A stretch of DNA of 64,000 nt from Sminthopsis crassicaudata (Eukaryota), in NCBI RefSeq assembly GCF_048593235.1, contig NC_133617.1, positions 185,340,937 to 185,404,936 of the forward strand, read 5' to 3'. Made by a program: the position numbers and the translations under genes. The notes beneath the pieces are model-generated. The model was not told the DNA's origin. It saw nothing but the letters and a program-made list of their open reading frames with translations, and ran no database searches. Below, piece by piece: positions 37,819 to 51,325 of the stretch. How positions within the stretch are numbered: the stretch's first letter is position 1; each line of letters starts with the position of its first letter.

Positions 37819-40800
37819 TTGTTAGACTCTGATCAAATAGTTTCATGCCTTTTAAAAAAGCAATTTTAAAATGAGGTTGTTTTTCCAGTTGCTATTTATT
37901 CTTACTAGGTTTGTCTAGGAATTATAAAAAAAACTAGATAAAAGTGAATTCATCTTATTAAAATAATCACTCAATTAATGAGAATCCTAGTGCTCTTATC
38001 TCTTCTATAAATCTTTGTATTAATGATATTTGAAACTCAACATTACTTATTCAAATTAATAAATCTTTGAAAACAAAAATAAACAAAATGGAACAGATCC
38101 GTTGGCATTTTTAATGACATTCTTATCCTCAGTGACAATATTACCTATTCTTGGATTCTACTTACTCAGGAATCAATGTATTAGGGAAGGATGAAGGATT
38201 GCCAGAAAAATTTATAGAGTAGTTGGATTTGACCAAGTACATACAGAAAAACTTTAGGTAAGACATTGCATAACTTTCAAGACAGCAGGGAGACAAAGGG
38301 TGAAGATTCCAAAGCAGTAGGATAGGATTCTAGAGGCCATTTGTACTGAAAAAAATACTAAGAAAGTAGAAGGTATCAGCCATGACTGACTCAGACTTTC
38401 CTCCCCACTATGATAAAGTCTTTATGAAAAGTCTGTTTACCCATACAAGTTATCTTAATGAAAACAAGAGAAAAAACAAGCTGACTTTCACATAAATTTT
38501 TTATAGCAGATAAACTAAATCTCTGCAGTATTACTAAAGACTAAGAGATGCACAGCATATTCAATTCCACCATGTTTGCTATTAATTGACTTAAGAGAAA
38601 AAAACCCAAATCAAAACTTTTTGTTTAACAGAATAAAATGAAGCTTTGAAGTCTTGAAATTTGTCTTTTACACATACATTAAAATTTACAAAAATCTTTA
38701 ACAGATAAAATTATAGAGATAATTTTTAGTTAATGATTCATTGAGCATTAACTTTAAGCTAGCTGTATCATAGGATCACAGAATATCGGTTTTATTGTGG
38801 CTTAGAAAATACACACAGATACATCCACATATAAGTGTAACACATATATGTATAAATCTTTGTATATATGTCTATGTCTTCAGTGTCTGAGAATATATAC
38901 ATATATGCATAAATATACATTTAGAGTATAACATAAGTGATTGGCTATAAAATGATTTTTAGCCACTAATGAAGTTTATTCTTGGATAACTAATGGAGAT
39001 ATTTAGTATGAAGAAATGGTGAAACATGTTTTTTCAACTGGGCTGGGGATACGATACATTTTGATAAGCCCAAAATACTTATCACAAATGGCTCACTAAT
39101 GTCCAGAAAGTCAATTATGAAAACAGTAGAGAACCTATAGAGTTATTCCCTTTTTATGTATCACTGAAGATGAAATGTCGGGAAATAACACTTTCTGTTG
39201 CTCAAAATATAAATTGAATATTTAAGGTATTTTAAGTGTCATATCTTTGTTTTAAGGCATTAATATTCCTTATAGATAACTTAGGTAAGAACTTAATTAT
39301 ACATATAATTAATGATTCCAATAGCATTAATAAAAGAACAGTATTGACTTTATTTCCTTGTTCTCTTGAATGAATTTCATGGAGGTTTATTTTTTCTGTT
39401 CCAGAAATATTTGTTGAATAAATGCCATTTTTAAAAACTACATACTCATAATTTTTCTTTCATTCTGGCAAAAATTTCCCACTGGAGATAAAGAAACTGA
39501 GGTAGACAACATTAAATGCTTTAGCCAGTAATTCTCTTAGGGATTGAGGCTCTGGCTAATGAACTACTGTGAAATATACACAATCTGAATGTTCCTACCA
39601 GCCTCATATTAGGAAAAAAATAATTTTATAACTAATTGCATCAGGAAAATTGAGGCAAAATGAGAAATCTAGGATATTTTTCATATTCTATATCTTTATG
39701 GTTGATAGATGGAATATATCATGTCAGTATTAATTAAATTCAGAAACTAGTGTTTTGTCATGATGTATGGATATTGAGGCTTTTATGTTGGACAGATTTT
39801 ACTTCATAATATTCTATTGTGTTGTTGGTTAAAGGGTCTTGTTTTTGTTTCCTTTCATTGTAATGATAATTGATATTCATACATTAATTTATAGTTTGAA
39901 GTACTGTGACTTTTTAATTTTTAGGAGCTAAATATTATAGATGTTAATTTTTTTCACTTTATAAAAAGGAAAACTGAAATACAGAGATTGTAAAGGTTCA
40001 AAAAGGACCTAGAAACTAATTATTAAGGTGGATTTTAGAATCAGAAGCAGAATGAAATTTTAAAAACTAGAGAATATGAGATACTGAATGGTAAAAGAAG
40101 GCAGTATAGCAAGACAATAATAATTAATTTTATGAACTTTAGAATGTTTGAAAGGTGCTAATTAATCTTAATTGATCCTCAAAATTTCATGGCATCATTA
40201 GTATTGGTATTATTTTGTCCCCATTTTATGGATTAGAAAACAGGAAAAACCACTGGCCTAAGGTAATGCAACTTCTAAGGGAAAAAAATTCTAGATTAAA
40301 TCCCAAGCTTCCTGAATCCAAATAAAGTACATTTTTCCAATATGCTATAGATGTAGAGAAGCAGTCTAGATAGTATACTGAAGACATCTTTATCAAGGAC
40401 ACTTTGAAACTGAAGAAAACATTATCTTAGAATATCTCAACAGTAGCATGTTCATAATAGCAGTAACACTGGAAAACAATGAGAGGCAGATTCATAGGTG
40501 ATGAATCTCAGTGCGGTAGGGGAGTTCATCGTTGTAAGTGTAGACAAGCCAGCACTTTAGAGGAAGATATACAAAAGTCCTGATTTGGTCCTGGATTGTG
40601 TTTCTTTAGTTGTGATTTTTAGAGTTCAGAGAGATATAACAGAATTTAAGGAACATTTCTTGGATGAAATTTGCTTTGGAGTACTGTGCGAAATTTGAAT
40701 GGGTCAAGAGAAGTATAGAGGTCATTTTGAATAAGGGAAATAGCATGAACAAATGAGTGATGATCACAGCAGTTGGGTAAGGCATTTTGGAAAGAAATAG

Positions 40801-40859
40801 AAGAATGGGTTTAAAATTATTACAAAGCATATGGATACACAATTCTTATGAGTCCTAGA

Positions 40860-41050
40860 TTAAAATTATCTTTCCTGGCCACCACTTTACAATATGTATT
40901 ATAAACCTCTATTAGAATGTAAACTACTTGAAGGACTGTCTCATTCTTTAAAAATATTTATTCCTAGAGTTTAACACAGTGCCAGGTACATAATAATGAT
41001 TTAATTATTATGTATACACTTGTTATTATGTAAATACTTATTGATTGATC
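40860..41050 (+). mobile_element. L2 3' end
   Basis: cctctattagaatgtaaactacttgaagg...ttaacacagtgccaggtacataat...acttattgattgat. Confidence 0.75.
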
Positions 41051-41189
41051 TCTGATTATGGCTTCAAAAGGTATAATAATTTTTCTTATTTTGAAATTTT
41101 ATTTTTAAAAATAAATTTAAAATTCTAAATTAAAAAAAATACTTCTAATTCAATCATATTATATATCACCAAATATTTTCTTCCTTGTG

Positions 41190-41263
41190 AATATAAATAC
41201 ATATATGTGTATAAATACATGTATGCAGATACATGTATTTATACACATATATGTATTTATATT
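41190..41263. repeat. Perfect inverted repeat, 35-bp arms, 4-nt loop
   Basis: aatataaatacatatatgtgtataaatacatgtat-gcag-atacatgtatttatacacatatatgtatttatatt, checked base by base. Confidence 0.95.
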
Positions 41264-41325
41264 GGTAATGACCTAAATATTGAGCAGTATATTTTATATT
41301 GGTAATGACCTAAATATTGAGCAGT
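41256..41325 (+). repeat. 33-bp perfect tandem duplication with 4-nt spacer
   Basis: tttatattggtaatgacctaaatattgagcagt at 41256-41288 and 41293-41325. Confidence 0.95.
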
Positions 41326-44300
41326 GACTATGTTGTAACTTTCTACCAAATCAGTCAGCTTAATAGAAAAACTAGATTTGATTGTTTTGGTCAAATATTT
41401 ACGTCAAAATGTTTTATATAATTCTATAGAGATAATCAAAAATAGAGGGAGGAAACTATCATTGAAAGTTAAAGAAAGCTTTTATTTGGAAGACTCCTTT
41501 TCATTAGAGACAATAAAATATTTATCAAGGACACTTTGAAACTGAAGAAATATCCCCCATTTAGTTAAAATATTCCCCGTTTATTAAAACATGCCAATTA
41601 AAATGCTACTGAAATGTTTTGTTGATTTAATTGAATTTGCCAAACATTTATTAAGCTTCTACTGAGTACAGAATTAAATGCTAAATTCTAGTAAAGACAT
41701 AGTCTCTGATGTCATGGAACTTGTAATCTAGGGATAGATAATAAGACAAACACAAGTATAAAAATATTATGTGGTAAGTGCACTAGAATTGTGAAAACAA
41801 AATGTCTTCTAATATCTCTAAGATAAAGTCATTGGGGTAACGTGGTGGAGTAGGTCAGAAAATTCCACACTCTCCATATTTCCTTCATAAAACAACATAG
41901 AACATTGTCTCATAGAGTATCAAAATAAATAAACAAAGAAGTGTTGGGGTAGAGCAGTGTTCCTCCTGGAACAATTAGAAAAAACCTCAGAAAAGGCTTC
42001 AGGGTCAGAGGTTTGTCCCAAGTGAAGGTCAAACATCTTTATGGCATCTCCACAAAAAAACAAAAACAAAAACAAAAAAACCCAACAACAACAACAACAA
42101 AAAAAAACAAACGAAACAACAAACCTTGTAGGTAGCAGGATTGGAAGATAGTCTCAGCTATAGGTATTCTCCCTTGACAATAGAATGGGTAAGACATTTG
42201 AGCAGAGGAAAATTGAAGAATTTTCTGGGATGCCAGGCCCAACTGTATTGACTAGATGATTAGATGCTGACTAACCCCGGGCTATGGCTGACTGGGAGAA
42301 GGAGCAAGTACATGCCTAATGAATGTGGTAGCAGGGGGGTAAGGATACTGCTGGTCCCCGGCACTCACAATAGAGCTGAGTTCCTAATTTTGGTTATAGG
42401 TTAGAGGGGAGAACTTAAGGTTGCAGCTGCTAGCGGGTCCACAGGAAACAGGAGCAATTCCAGCAGAGCATGGCTGGAGGCCCTTGCCATAGCTTGGGCA
42501 TAGAGAAGAGTGCTGAGGTTGGGTCTTGGACAATAAATAGCACTAGGAAGTACCTAAGAGCTGGGGCTCCATTACTCACACCCTGGAACTAGAGATGATT
42601 ATAATAATATGCTGCTAAAAAAGAGTAAGCAAAGAAGAAAGAACCTAACCATATATAGCTATTATGTGGAAAATCCTTGAATTCATATTCAGAAATGTAT
42701 GAGATGTAAAAAAAGATACTCCTTACCCCAATGAGCAACATAAAATGGCAATGAGCCCAAAAAGAGTTCTCGGAAAGATTTTAAAAAGGACTTTAAAATC
42801 AAATAGAGAGATGAGGAAAAATTAGGGAAAAAATTAGAGCAAAGAAAATCAAGAAAGTTATGAAAAGAAAGTTAACCAACAAGAGAAAAAGAGATCCAAA
42901 ATCTTAAGAAAACAACTTGAAAACTAGAATTGGAAAAGGGAAAGCGAATGACAGACATCATAAGATACCAAGAAATAATATAAAATCAAAAGAATGAAAA
43001 AATAGATGTGAAACATCTATTTGTAAAAAAAAAAAACAATGGATGCAAAGAAGACATTGAGAAGAGACACTATAAGAATGATTTGACTACCTTCAAGCTC
43101 CAATTTAAAAAGGGAATCATGATATATTACAAGAAATAATTAAAGTTGCTCTTAAGTTCTAGACTAAGATGGTAAAATAGAAATAGAAACAATCCACCAA
43201 TCATCACTTAAAAGGGATCCCAAGATGAAAGACTACAGAAATTGCATAGCAAGTTTTGAAATTGCCAGATCAAGGAGAAAATGTTATTCATAAGAAAAAA
43301 AACAATTTAAATTACGATGAAAGGTAACATAAAGAAGCAATATCAATACTAAACACATATGAATCAAATACTATCATATCACATCTTAACTTTTTAAAGA
43401 AAAGTGAAAATAGTAGTACTATAATAATGGAGAATTTTAGTCTTCCTATCTCCAAACTAGATAAATTTAAACAAAATTTGAATAAGAAGTTAAGGAAGTA
43501 TAAGAATTTTAAATGAGCTAGATATGATAGATATTGATATGATAGCTATGATAGAGAATTAAATAGGAATAAAAAAGAACACACATTTTTCTTGGTGGTA
43601 TTTAGTATCTTTATAAATAATCATCTTATATTAGAACATAAAAACATGTTAACTAAACATAGAAATATTAAATGGTTCCTCTATAGAACATATGGATTAA
43701 AAATTACATTTAGCAAGGATCATGGAAATATGGGTAGGGTGGGGGGAGAACTAACTGGAGATGAAGCATCCTAATCTTATTCAATGAATGGGTTACAGAA
43801 CAAATAATGAAACAATCATGTCATTAAAGAAAAAGACAACATGAGACATCATATCAATGTCATATCATTTCAAAACCTATGGGATATAGCACAAGCAATA
43901 ATCAAAAGAAAATGTATATCTCTAAGTGCTTATGTCAATAAAAACTAAAGAGTAGGTCAATGAACTAGGTATGCAATTGAAGAAAAACTAGAAAAAGAAA
44001 CAAAATTTAAAATCCCAATTGAACACCAAATTGGAAATTCTAAAAATTAAAGATAAAATTAATAAAACTGAATATAAGAAAATCATTGAATTAATAAATA
44101 AAAGAAGGAGTTGTTATCATGAAAAAATAAATAAAATAGTTAAACCATTAGTTAATATTATTTTTTTAAATATAAGAAAATCAAATTTTTAGTATCAAAA
44201 ATTAAAAAGGCAAATATACCATTAAAGATAAAATCAAAACAGTTATAAGGAATTAATTTTGCCCAATTATATGCCAATGAAATTAATAACAAGTGAAATG

Positions 44301-45034
44301 GAAGGATTTATATAAAATATAAACAGTCTACATTAAAAGAATAAAAAATAAAATATCTAAATAGACCTGTTTTAGAAAAGGAAATTGGACAGATTGTCAA
44401 TGAGCTCCCTAAGGGATTTGTAAGTAAATTCTATCTTAAATACCAACTAAAAACATACCAACTAATTCTAATAATAAATAAATAGGCAAAGAAGACCTAT
44501 CACATTCCTTTTCTTAAAAATAAATGAGACCAATACCTAAACCAAAAAGAATAAAAAGAGACAGAAAATTATAAACCAATTTCATTAATATTGATGCAAG
44601 TATATTAAATAAAATATTATCTAAAACATTAAAATATATATTACAAAGATTGGGTATTATGACCAAATGGAATTCATGCCAGAAGTTCAGGGATAGTTTA
44701 ACATAAGGAAAACTATTAACATAATTGATTATATAAATAATAAAAATAACAAAAATCATATGATTATGTCACTGGATAGAGAAAAAGCATTTGACAAAGT
44801 ATCAATGAGTGTAAACTCATTTCTATGAAAAAAAAAAAATACTTGATTATTAAGGCATACATGGACTTTTCCTTAAATTGATAAGAACAATCGAACAAGC
44901 ATTATTTGTGATGAGAATCAGCTAGAAGCCTTCCAGCAAGATCAGGTATAAAACAAAGCTGCCCAGTGTCACCAATATCATCCAAAATTGTATTGGAAAT
45001 CCTAGCAATCACAATAAGAGAAGACAAACACATT

Positions 45035-46330
45035 GTTAAGAAGAGCCAAGTCCATCACAATTGATCATTACATAATTTTGTTAATCTGTACAATGTTCTC
45101 TTGTTTCTGCTCACTTCACTTAGCATCAGTTCATTTAAGTCTTTCTAGGCCTTTCTGAAATCATCCTGCTGTTCGTTTCTTACAGAACAATAACTGGAAT
45201 ATTATAAGAAATAATGAGCACATGGACTTCAGCAAAACCAGAATAACACTGTACACAGTAAGAGTAACATTATGCAATAATCAATGTGAGAGACTTAACT
45301 CTCAGTAATAGAATGATCCATGATAATTCCAGTAGACTTGTTTGGATAATGCCTTCACATCCAGAGAAAGAACTATAGAAACCGAATGCAGTTCTAAACA
45401 TACTATTTCACTTTTTTTTTCCTTGTATTTTTTCCCTTTTGTTGTAATTTTTTTCTACATTATGACTAATATGGAAATATATTTAAATGATCATACATAT
45501 ATAACCACTATTAGATTGCTTGTTGTTTGGGGGAGGAAGGAGGAAAAAGAAAAATTGGACTATAAACCCTTACAAAGATGAATGATAAAAATTATCTTTA
45601 CATATAATTGGGGGGGAAAGCTATTTTTAAGTAAAAAAAAAAAATAAGGGTCTACAAATACATTGTTGATGGAGTTGTGAAATGAGCCAACCATTCTGGA
45701 GAACAATCTGGAACTATGCCCAAAAGGGCTATAAAACTGTGCATATCTTTTGAACCAGAAATGCCAGTACTAGGTCTGTATCCCAAGGAAATCATAAAGG
45801 AGGTAAAAGGACCCAGATGTGCAAAAATGTTTGTAGCAGCTCTTTTTGTGGTAGCAAAAAATTAGAAAAGGAATGAATGCCCTTAAGTTGGGGAATGGCT
45901 GAACAAGCTATGGTACATGAAAGTAATGTAATATTATTGTTCTATAAAAAATGAACAAGATGACTATAGAAAGGCCTGGAAACATTTACATGAACTGATG
46001 CTGAGTGAAACAAACAGAACCAGGAATACATTGTATACAATAACAGCAAGATTGTGCAATGATTAACTATGAAATCTTGTTTCTTCTCAGTAATTCAGTA
46101 ATCCAAAGCAATCCCAATAGACTTTAGACAGAAAATACCACCTGCATCCAGAAAAAGAACTGAGACTGAATGTAAATCAACACATGCTATGTTCACTTCC
46201 TTTTTCTATTTTTTATATCTTCCATAGTTTTTCCCTTTTCCTCTGATTTTTCTCTCCCAACATGATTCATAAAGCAAATGTGTATTAATAAATGCAATGG
46301 CTACAATAAAAAATAAAATCCAAAAAAAAA
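45035..46330. mobile_element. Three L1 3' fragments (45035-45192 minus, 45193-45645 plus, 45656-46330 plus) replacing part of the host ORF2
   Basis: Two separate 3' UTR and A-rich ends on plus, preceded by a short antisense piece. Confidence 0.8.
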
Positions 46331-46990
46331 TTGGCTCAATTTAAAAGAAAAAAGAAATTTGGCATTGACCAATATCTTAAACCATTTACCAATACGAAGT
46401 CAAAATGGATCTTTGAACTAGATATAAAGATATTTATTACAAAAAAATTTGAAGAACATAGTGTATCTTATCTATCAAATTTATGTATAGTTTAATAATT
46501 TATAAACAAAGAAAGCATAGAGAACTTTGTGAGTTATAAAAAGGATAATTTTGATTACATTAAATTAAAAAGTATAAGTCCTTTTTTTTTTTACTTTTGT
46601 GCAAGTAAAACAAATGTAGCCAAGATCAGAAGAAAAGCAAAAAACTTTTGAGGAGAAATTTAATGCACAGTTTTTCAGATAAAGGTCTTATATCTCAAAT
46701 ATATCAAGAGCTTTATCAAATATATTAAAAATATGAGTAATTCCTCAATTGCTAAATGGTCAAATATATATTTACAGGCAGTTTCCAATGAAGAAATCAA
46801 AACAATTTTTAATCATTTTAACAATTTAATCAATGAATTATTTTTGATTAGAGAAATGCAAATTAAAATGGTATTTTATATCTATCAAATTGGCTAAAAT
46901 GATAGAAAGGGAAAGTGACAGATGTTGAAAAGGTTGTGGAAAAATTGGGACCATAATTAATTGTTAGTGTATCTGTGATTTGAGATCCAC

Positions 46991-48341
46991 TTAAAAAAAA
47001 TAAAGCTTTTAATTTTCAAAACATATGCATAGATAATTTTCAACATTAATCCTTGCAAAACCTTGTGTTCCAAATTTTTTCCTCCCTTCCCAAAAGATCC
47101 CTCCCCAGATGACAATTAATCCAATATATGTTAAGCATGCAATTCTAAACATACTGCACAAGAAAAATCAGATCAAAAAGGGAGGAAAAATGAGAAAGAA
47201 AACATTGCAAGCAAACAACAATAAAAAAAGTGAAAACATTATGTAATGCTCCACACTCAGTCCCCATAATTCTTTCTTTGGGTTTATATGGTTCTCTTTA
47301 TCACAAGACCATTGGAACTGGCCTGAACCCCTTGCTATTGAAGAGCCACATCCATCAGAGTTCATCATCATGTAATTTTGCTATTGCCATGTACAATGTT
47401 CTCCTGATTCTATTCACTTCATGTAGCATTAATTTATATAAGTCTCTCCAGGACTTTCTTAAATCATCCTGCTGATCATTTCCAGTAATGGTCATTCACT
47501 CAGCTTCCAGTTCTTCTCACTACTAAAAGGGCTGCTACAAACATTTTTGCACATATGGGTCCTTTTCCCTTTATTATGCTCTCTTTGGGATACTGGCCCA
47601 ATAAAGACATTGCTAGATCAAAGGATACGCACAGTTTGATAGCCCTTTGAACATAATTCCAAATTGCTCTCCAAAATGGTTGTATCAGTTCACAGTGTCC
47701 CAATTTTCCTGCATCCCCTCTAATATTCATCATTATCTTTTTCTGTTATTTTAGCCAGAGTGGTGTGTTGTTTTTTTGGAGTCCAAATCCTGTAGTGATT
47801 TAAGGGTGTGAATTTACTGGGGCCAGGCAGATATATATACCTCAAATGCTCATAGACTTGATACAAAGTAAACTGTTTGAAGTTTCTATAGTTCTATAGT
47901 TTTCTCTAACAAACAAGATCTACTGAGATGTAAATGATTAAGCACCAAATTTTGGTTAATTAGACAGAGATGCAAATAGTTGAGTTATACATCGGGGTAA
48001 AGTTTACCATACCTTTGTCTCAAGTATCTTTCTTCCAAATGCCTTTAGTGTCTACTGTGGGCATCCTAAATTCAAAGTTTACCTTTAATCCAAAAAAGTA
48101 GTGTTTGCATTTTGCTTCAGTCGCTAGATTATTAATTTATTATATTGACAAGCAGTCTCTTTTATTTCAAGAAGAAAAGGGAGTTCAGGTGAGCCAAGTT
48201 ACTGTAAGATTCAAGACCTGGAATGGATTATTACCTCCTGGCTCTCTACATGTAACCGTACCGCAGAATTGTCTTAATTTGCATTTCTCTGATCAATGAT
48301 GATTTAAAGCATTTTTTTCATACAACTATAAATGGCTTTAA
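46991..48341 (-). mobile_element. Nested antisense L1 3' fragment with 10-bp TSD
   Basis: aaagcttttaattttcaaaacatatgc...tttgcatttctctgatc; flanked by tgagatccac at 46981-46990 and 48342-48351. Confidence 0.9.
47769..48250 (-). mobile_element. Solo-LTR-like insertion inside the nested L1
   Basis: About 480 bp of non-L1 sequence interrupting a contiguous L1 motif; TG...CA termini (minus strand starts tgtagagagcc); left boundary 47769 or 47791. Confidence 0.55.
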
Positions 48342-51114
48342 TGAGATCCACCATTTTGGAGAGCAATTTGGAATTATGTCCAAAGATTTATTAAATTGCC
48401 TATAGAGTTTGTTCTAGTAATGCCACTATTAGATCTGTTTCCCAAGGAGATTAGAGAAAAAGAAAAGTGACTTATATGTTGTAAAATATTTATAGTGGCT
48501 CTCTTTGTGGTGGCAAAGACCTGGAAATTATAGGGATGACTATCAATTGAGAAATGGTTAAACAAATTGGGTATATGTTCATGATGAAATATTACTCTGC
48601 TGTAAGAAATGAGCTCAGTGATTTTAGAAAAACATGGAGAGATCTGCAAAAAATAATAAAAAGATAAAATGAGCAGAACCAAGAAAATGTTATATCCATA
48701 AATAGCAATATTGTTTCAAGAACAACTTAAATGACCAAATCATTCTGACTATTATAATTACGAAATTAATTGCAAAGATCCTATAAAGACATTATTTGCA
48801 TCCAGAGAATAAATGCATATATTCATATGTAATACATATATGTATGAAGTATATATATATATATATACATATATATACATACAAACAAATATATATATGT
48901 TTAATAGTAACTATCTTTAGAGTGGAGAGGTGGGAAAAGGGAAAAATAAGAAAGTTATGTGATAACTTTGCTGTATATTTGAAAGGAATAGCAAGTTGTA
49001 CAAAATGGATTTTTATGTGCAATCCTCTTTTTTAAAAATTCTACTTTGTTATGGAAATGCTTGTTTTATTTCTTAAGTTCAAAATAAAAAGAATAAAATT
49101 TTAATACAAAGATAAAGGCATTGGACTAGGAGACCCCTATCTAAGGTCCCAGCTTTAAATCTATGATCCTTTGGTCTTATGCTGTCTGAGGGGGAAGTTT
49201 GATGTTTTCCAGATAGAACAGCAAGTACTTTGTAGAAGAGGTTGCATGTGATTTGGGCATTAAAAGATGAGTAGCAATTCAACAGCTAAACACAGGGAGA
49301 AATTCCAGACATAAAGAACATAGACAACATAGGCAAAATATGGGGGGGAAATATTGCTCTAATAAGGTCCTGAAAAAAAAAAAAAAAGTAGAGGGAATGG
49401 AATAAAATACATGGAGAGAGGGATTGTATTTAATCAGGAGTGATCTCTATTCCTTTTTAACCAGAGAGAGAAGGGGAAAAGAATGGGTAAAAGGGGTTGC
49501 TAGAAAATTTTCATGAATGAAGGGAGGAATTAGAGAGCTCTCATCATGTGTGGGAAATAGGAGATTAGATTATCTGTTTTGATAATGAGGGATAGAGACA
49601 TATGTGGCGACTTTAGAAGAGATGAGATTTATGACAATTTCTATTGGGAATGAGATTGATAGTTGATAAGAATGGGATTGTTAAACAGCCAGGAGAATCT
49701 GTCTTAAAATTTACATCTCAATGTGAAAAGTATTTTACTTTCATGATTTTCTTTAATGGTATCTAATAATTGTGGAACAATATGGGAGCTATCAGCTAGT
49801 AAAGGTTATCCAGAGATTAAGATTAACAGACAGGAAAGATAGAGAGTCAGGGAGGAAAAGGATACTCAGATAGTGTCAAGTAAAATATTAATGTGGATAT
49901 ATGCCTCGATATAGAGGCATATAAAATCAGAATGAGGAAGGCAAATCAAAGAATAGGTTTGGGTCAAGAGACCAAGGGGAATGATGAGAGAGAAAAAAAA
50001 GTTTAGTATGAATAAGATTTTGGGAGAAGTAGAAGATTAATAGGTTTTAGCTGGAGAGTGGAATTTCAGAAATCAGGATCTGGGTGGGGGTAGTTACTAC
50101 AAGGCAAAAGGGCCACTGTATTAAAGTAGGGGTGAAGAAGGAAATCACCAGAGTTGAAGAAGTTGAAAAATTCTATGAATGGGTTGTTAAAGGGATGCCA
50201 ATATGAATATAAAAGTTCATAAAATAGGGATAGGATAGAATAGAAATCTTTGGAGAGATGTTCAAGTCATTTTTAAATATCCATGGTATTAGGATGGGAT
50301 TATATAGAATGAATGGACTTTAAAAGTGGATTATTGAATGAACAAATGAATGAATAACCTTATTAAGTATTCATTATGTGCCAGGAACTGTGTTAAATAT
50401 TGGGAATATAAATATAAAAGTCCTTAATCTCAAATTATTTAAATTATAATAGCGAGAGACAAAAATATCAGGGAGGAGTGGCTAGGCAATGACATTTTAG
50501 TCTTGAGGTCACTGGAATGGTGAGCTAATTCACAGGGCTTTTGATTAACAGACTTTTTCTATAAACTATGGTAATATTGATTACTATTCCCAAAGAGGTG
50601 AGAATTGGCACACATATGATGCTTGGGAAGATGACAAGATATCCCTGGGTAGATAGTTTGATGTAATGAGAAGCAGTTTTGATGATATAATAATGGGCAA
50701 GATCTCTTCTCCCCAGTCATAACAGTTCAACCTTAGGAGATTCCAAATCTGTGAGGAGTAATTCCTTTAGCAAGTAGGGCAATTGTTTTTGAAGGTACAA
50801 TGCAGGAAATATTATTGGATTTAGAGGTAGAGAAAAGGTTGAAAAATTATGTGGAAGCAGCAGAAGAATCAGGGAGAATATTAATTTCAGACCTGGAAAG
50901 TTGAGAGAATGGATCTGGAGAGAAGTAAAACAGATTAGAAGAAGATTAAGTTTTCTGGAGGAAATACATTGAATATGCAAATAGCATTTAAAGCAGTGAA
51001 ATCAAATAGCCAAGATAAGGGAACCAATATGATAGGAAAAACAGAAGCTGCATGGCACAGCGGATAGCCATTAGCAAGATCTGACTTCACTTATACTCAC
51101 TAATTATGTTTTCA

Positions 51115-51325
51115 TGTAGAGGCAGCAAAGCAGTACGATAGACATTGTTGGGGCTGGAGACAAGAAGACTTAAGGTCAAATCTTGTGTGACCCTGGACAA
51201 AATTTAGTCTCTCTGTGCTTCAGTTTCTTCATCTATAAAGTGAGGATCATAAGTGCACCTAACTTCCAGGATTGTTATGAAACTCAAAGGAAACAACTAA
51301 TTGTGTAATTATAAAGTGTTTAGCA
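51115..51325 (+). mobile_element. MIR SINE
   Basis: gtgtgaccctggacaaa...ctctgtgcttcagtttcttcatctataaagtgaggatc. Confidence 0.85.

Larger units (their letters stand above)
41836..49108 (+). mobile_element. Old marsupial L1 with both termini, decayed ORF1/ORF2, internal deletions and nested insertions
   Basis: 5' end ggtaacgtggtggagtagg; ORF1-like from about 42625 (agcaaagaagaaagaacctaaccata); ORF2 EN, RT and C-terminal remnants 43320-46990 and 48342-48650; 3' UTR to about 49105; TSD aagataaagtcattgg (41820-41835) / aagataaaggcattgg (49109-49124). Confidence 0.9.

Noticed and set aside
38101-38480. VGIFNDILILS resembling an RT YxDD motif of an ancient retroelement
   Set aside because: Catalytic residues are not matched and downstream RT motifs are not seen; cannot be assigned.
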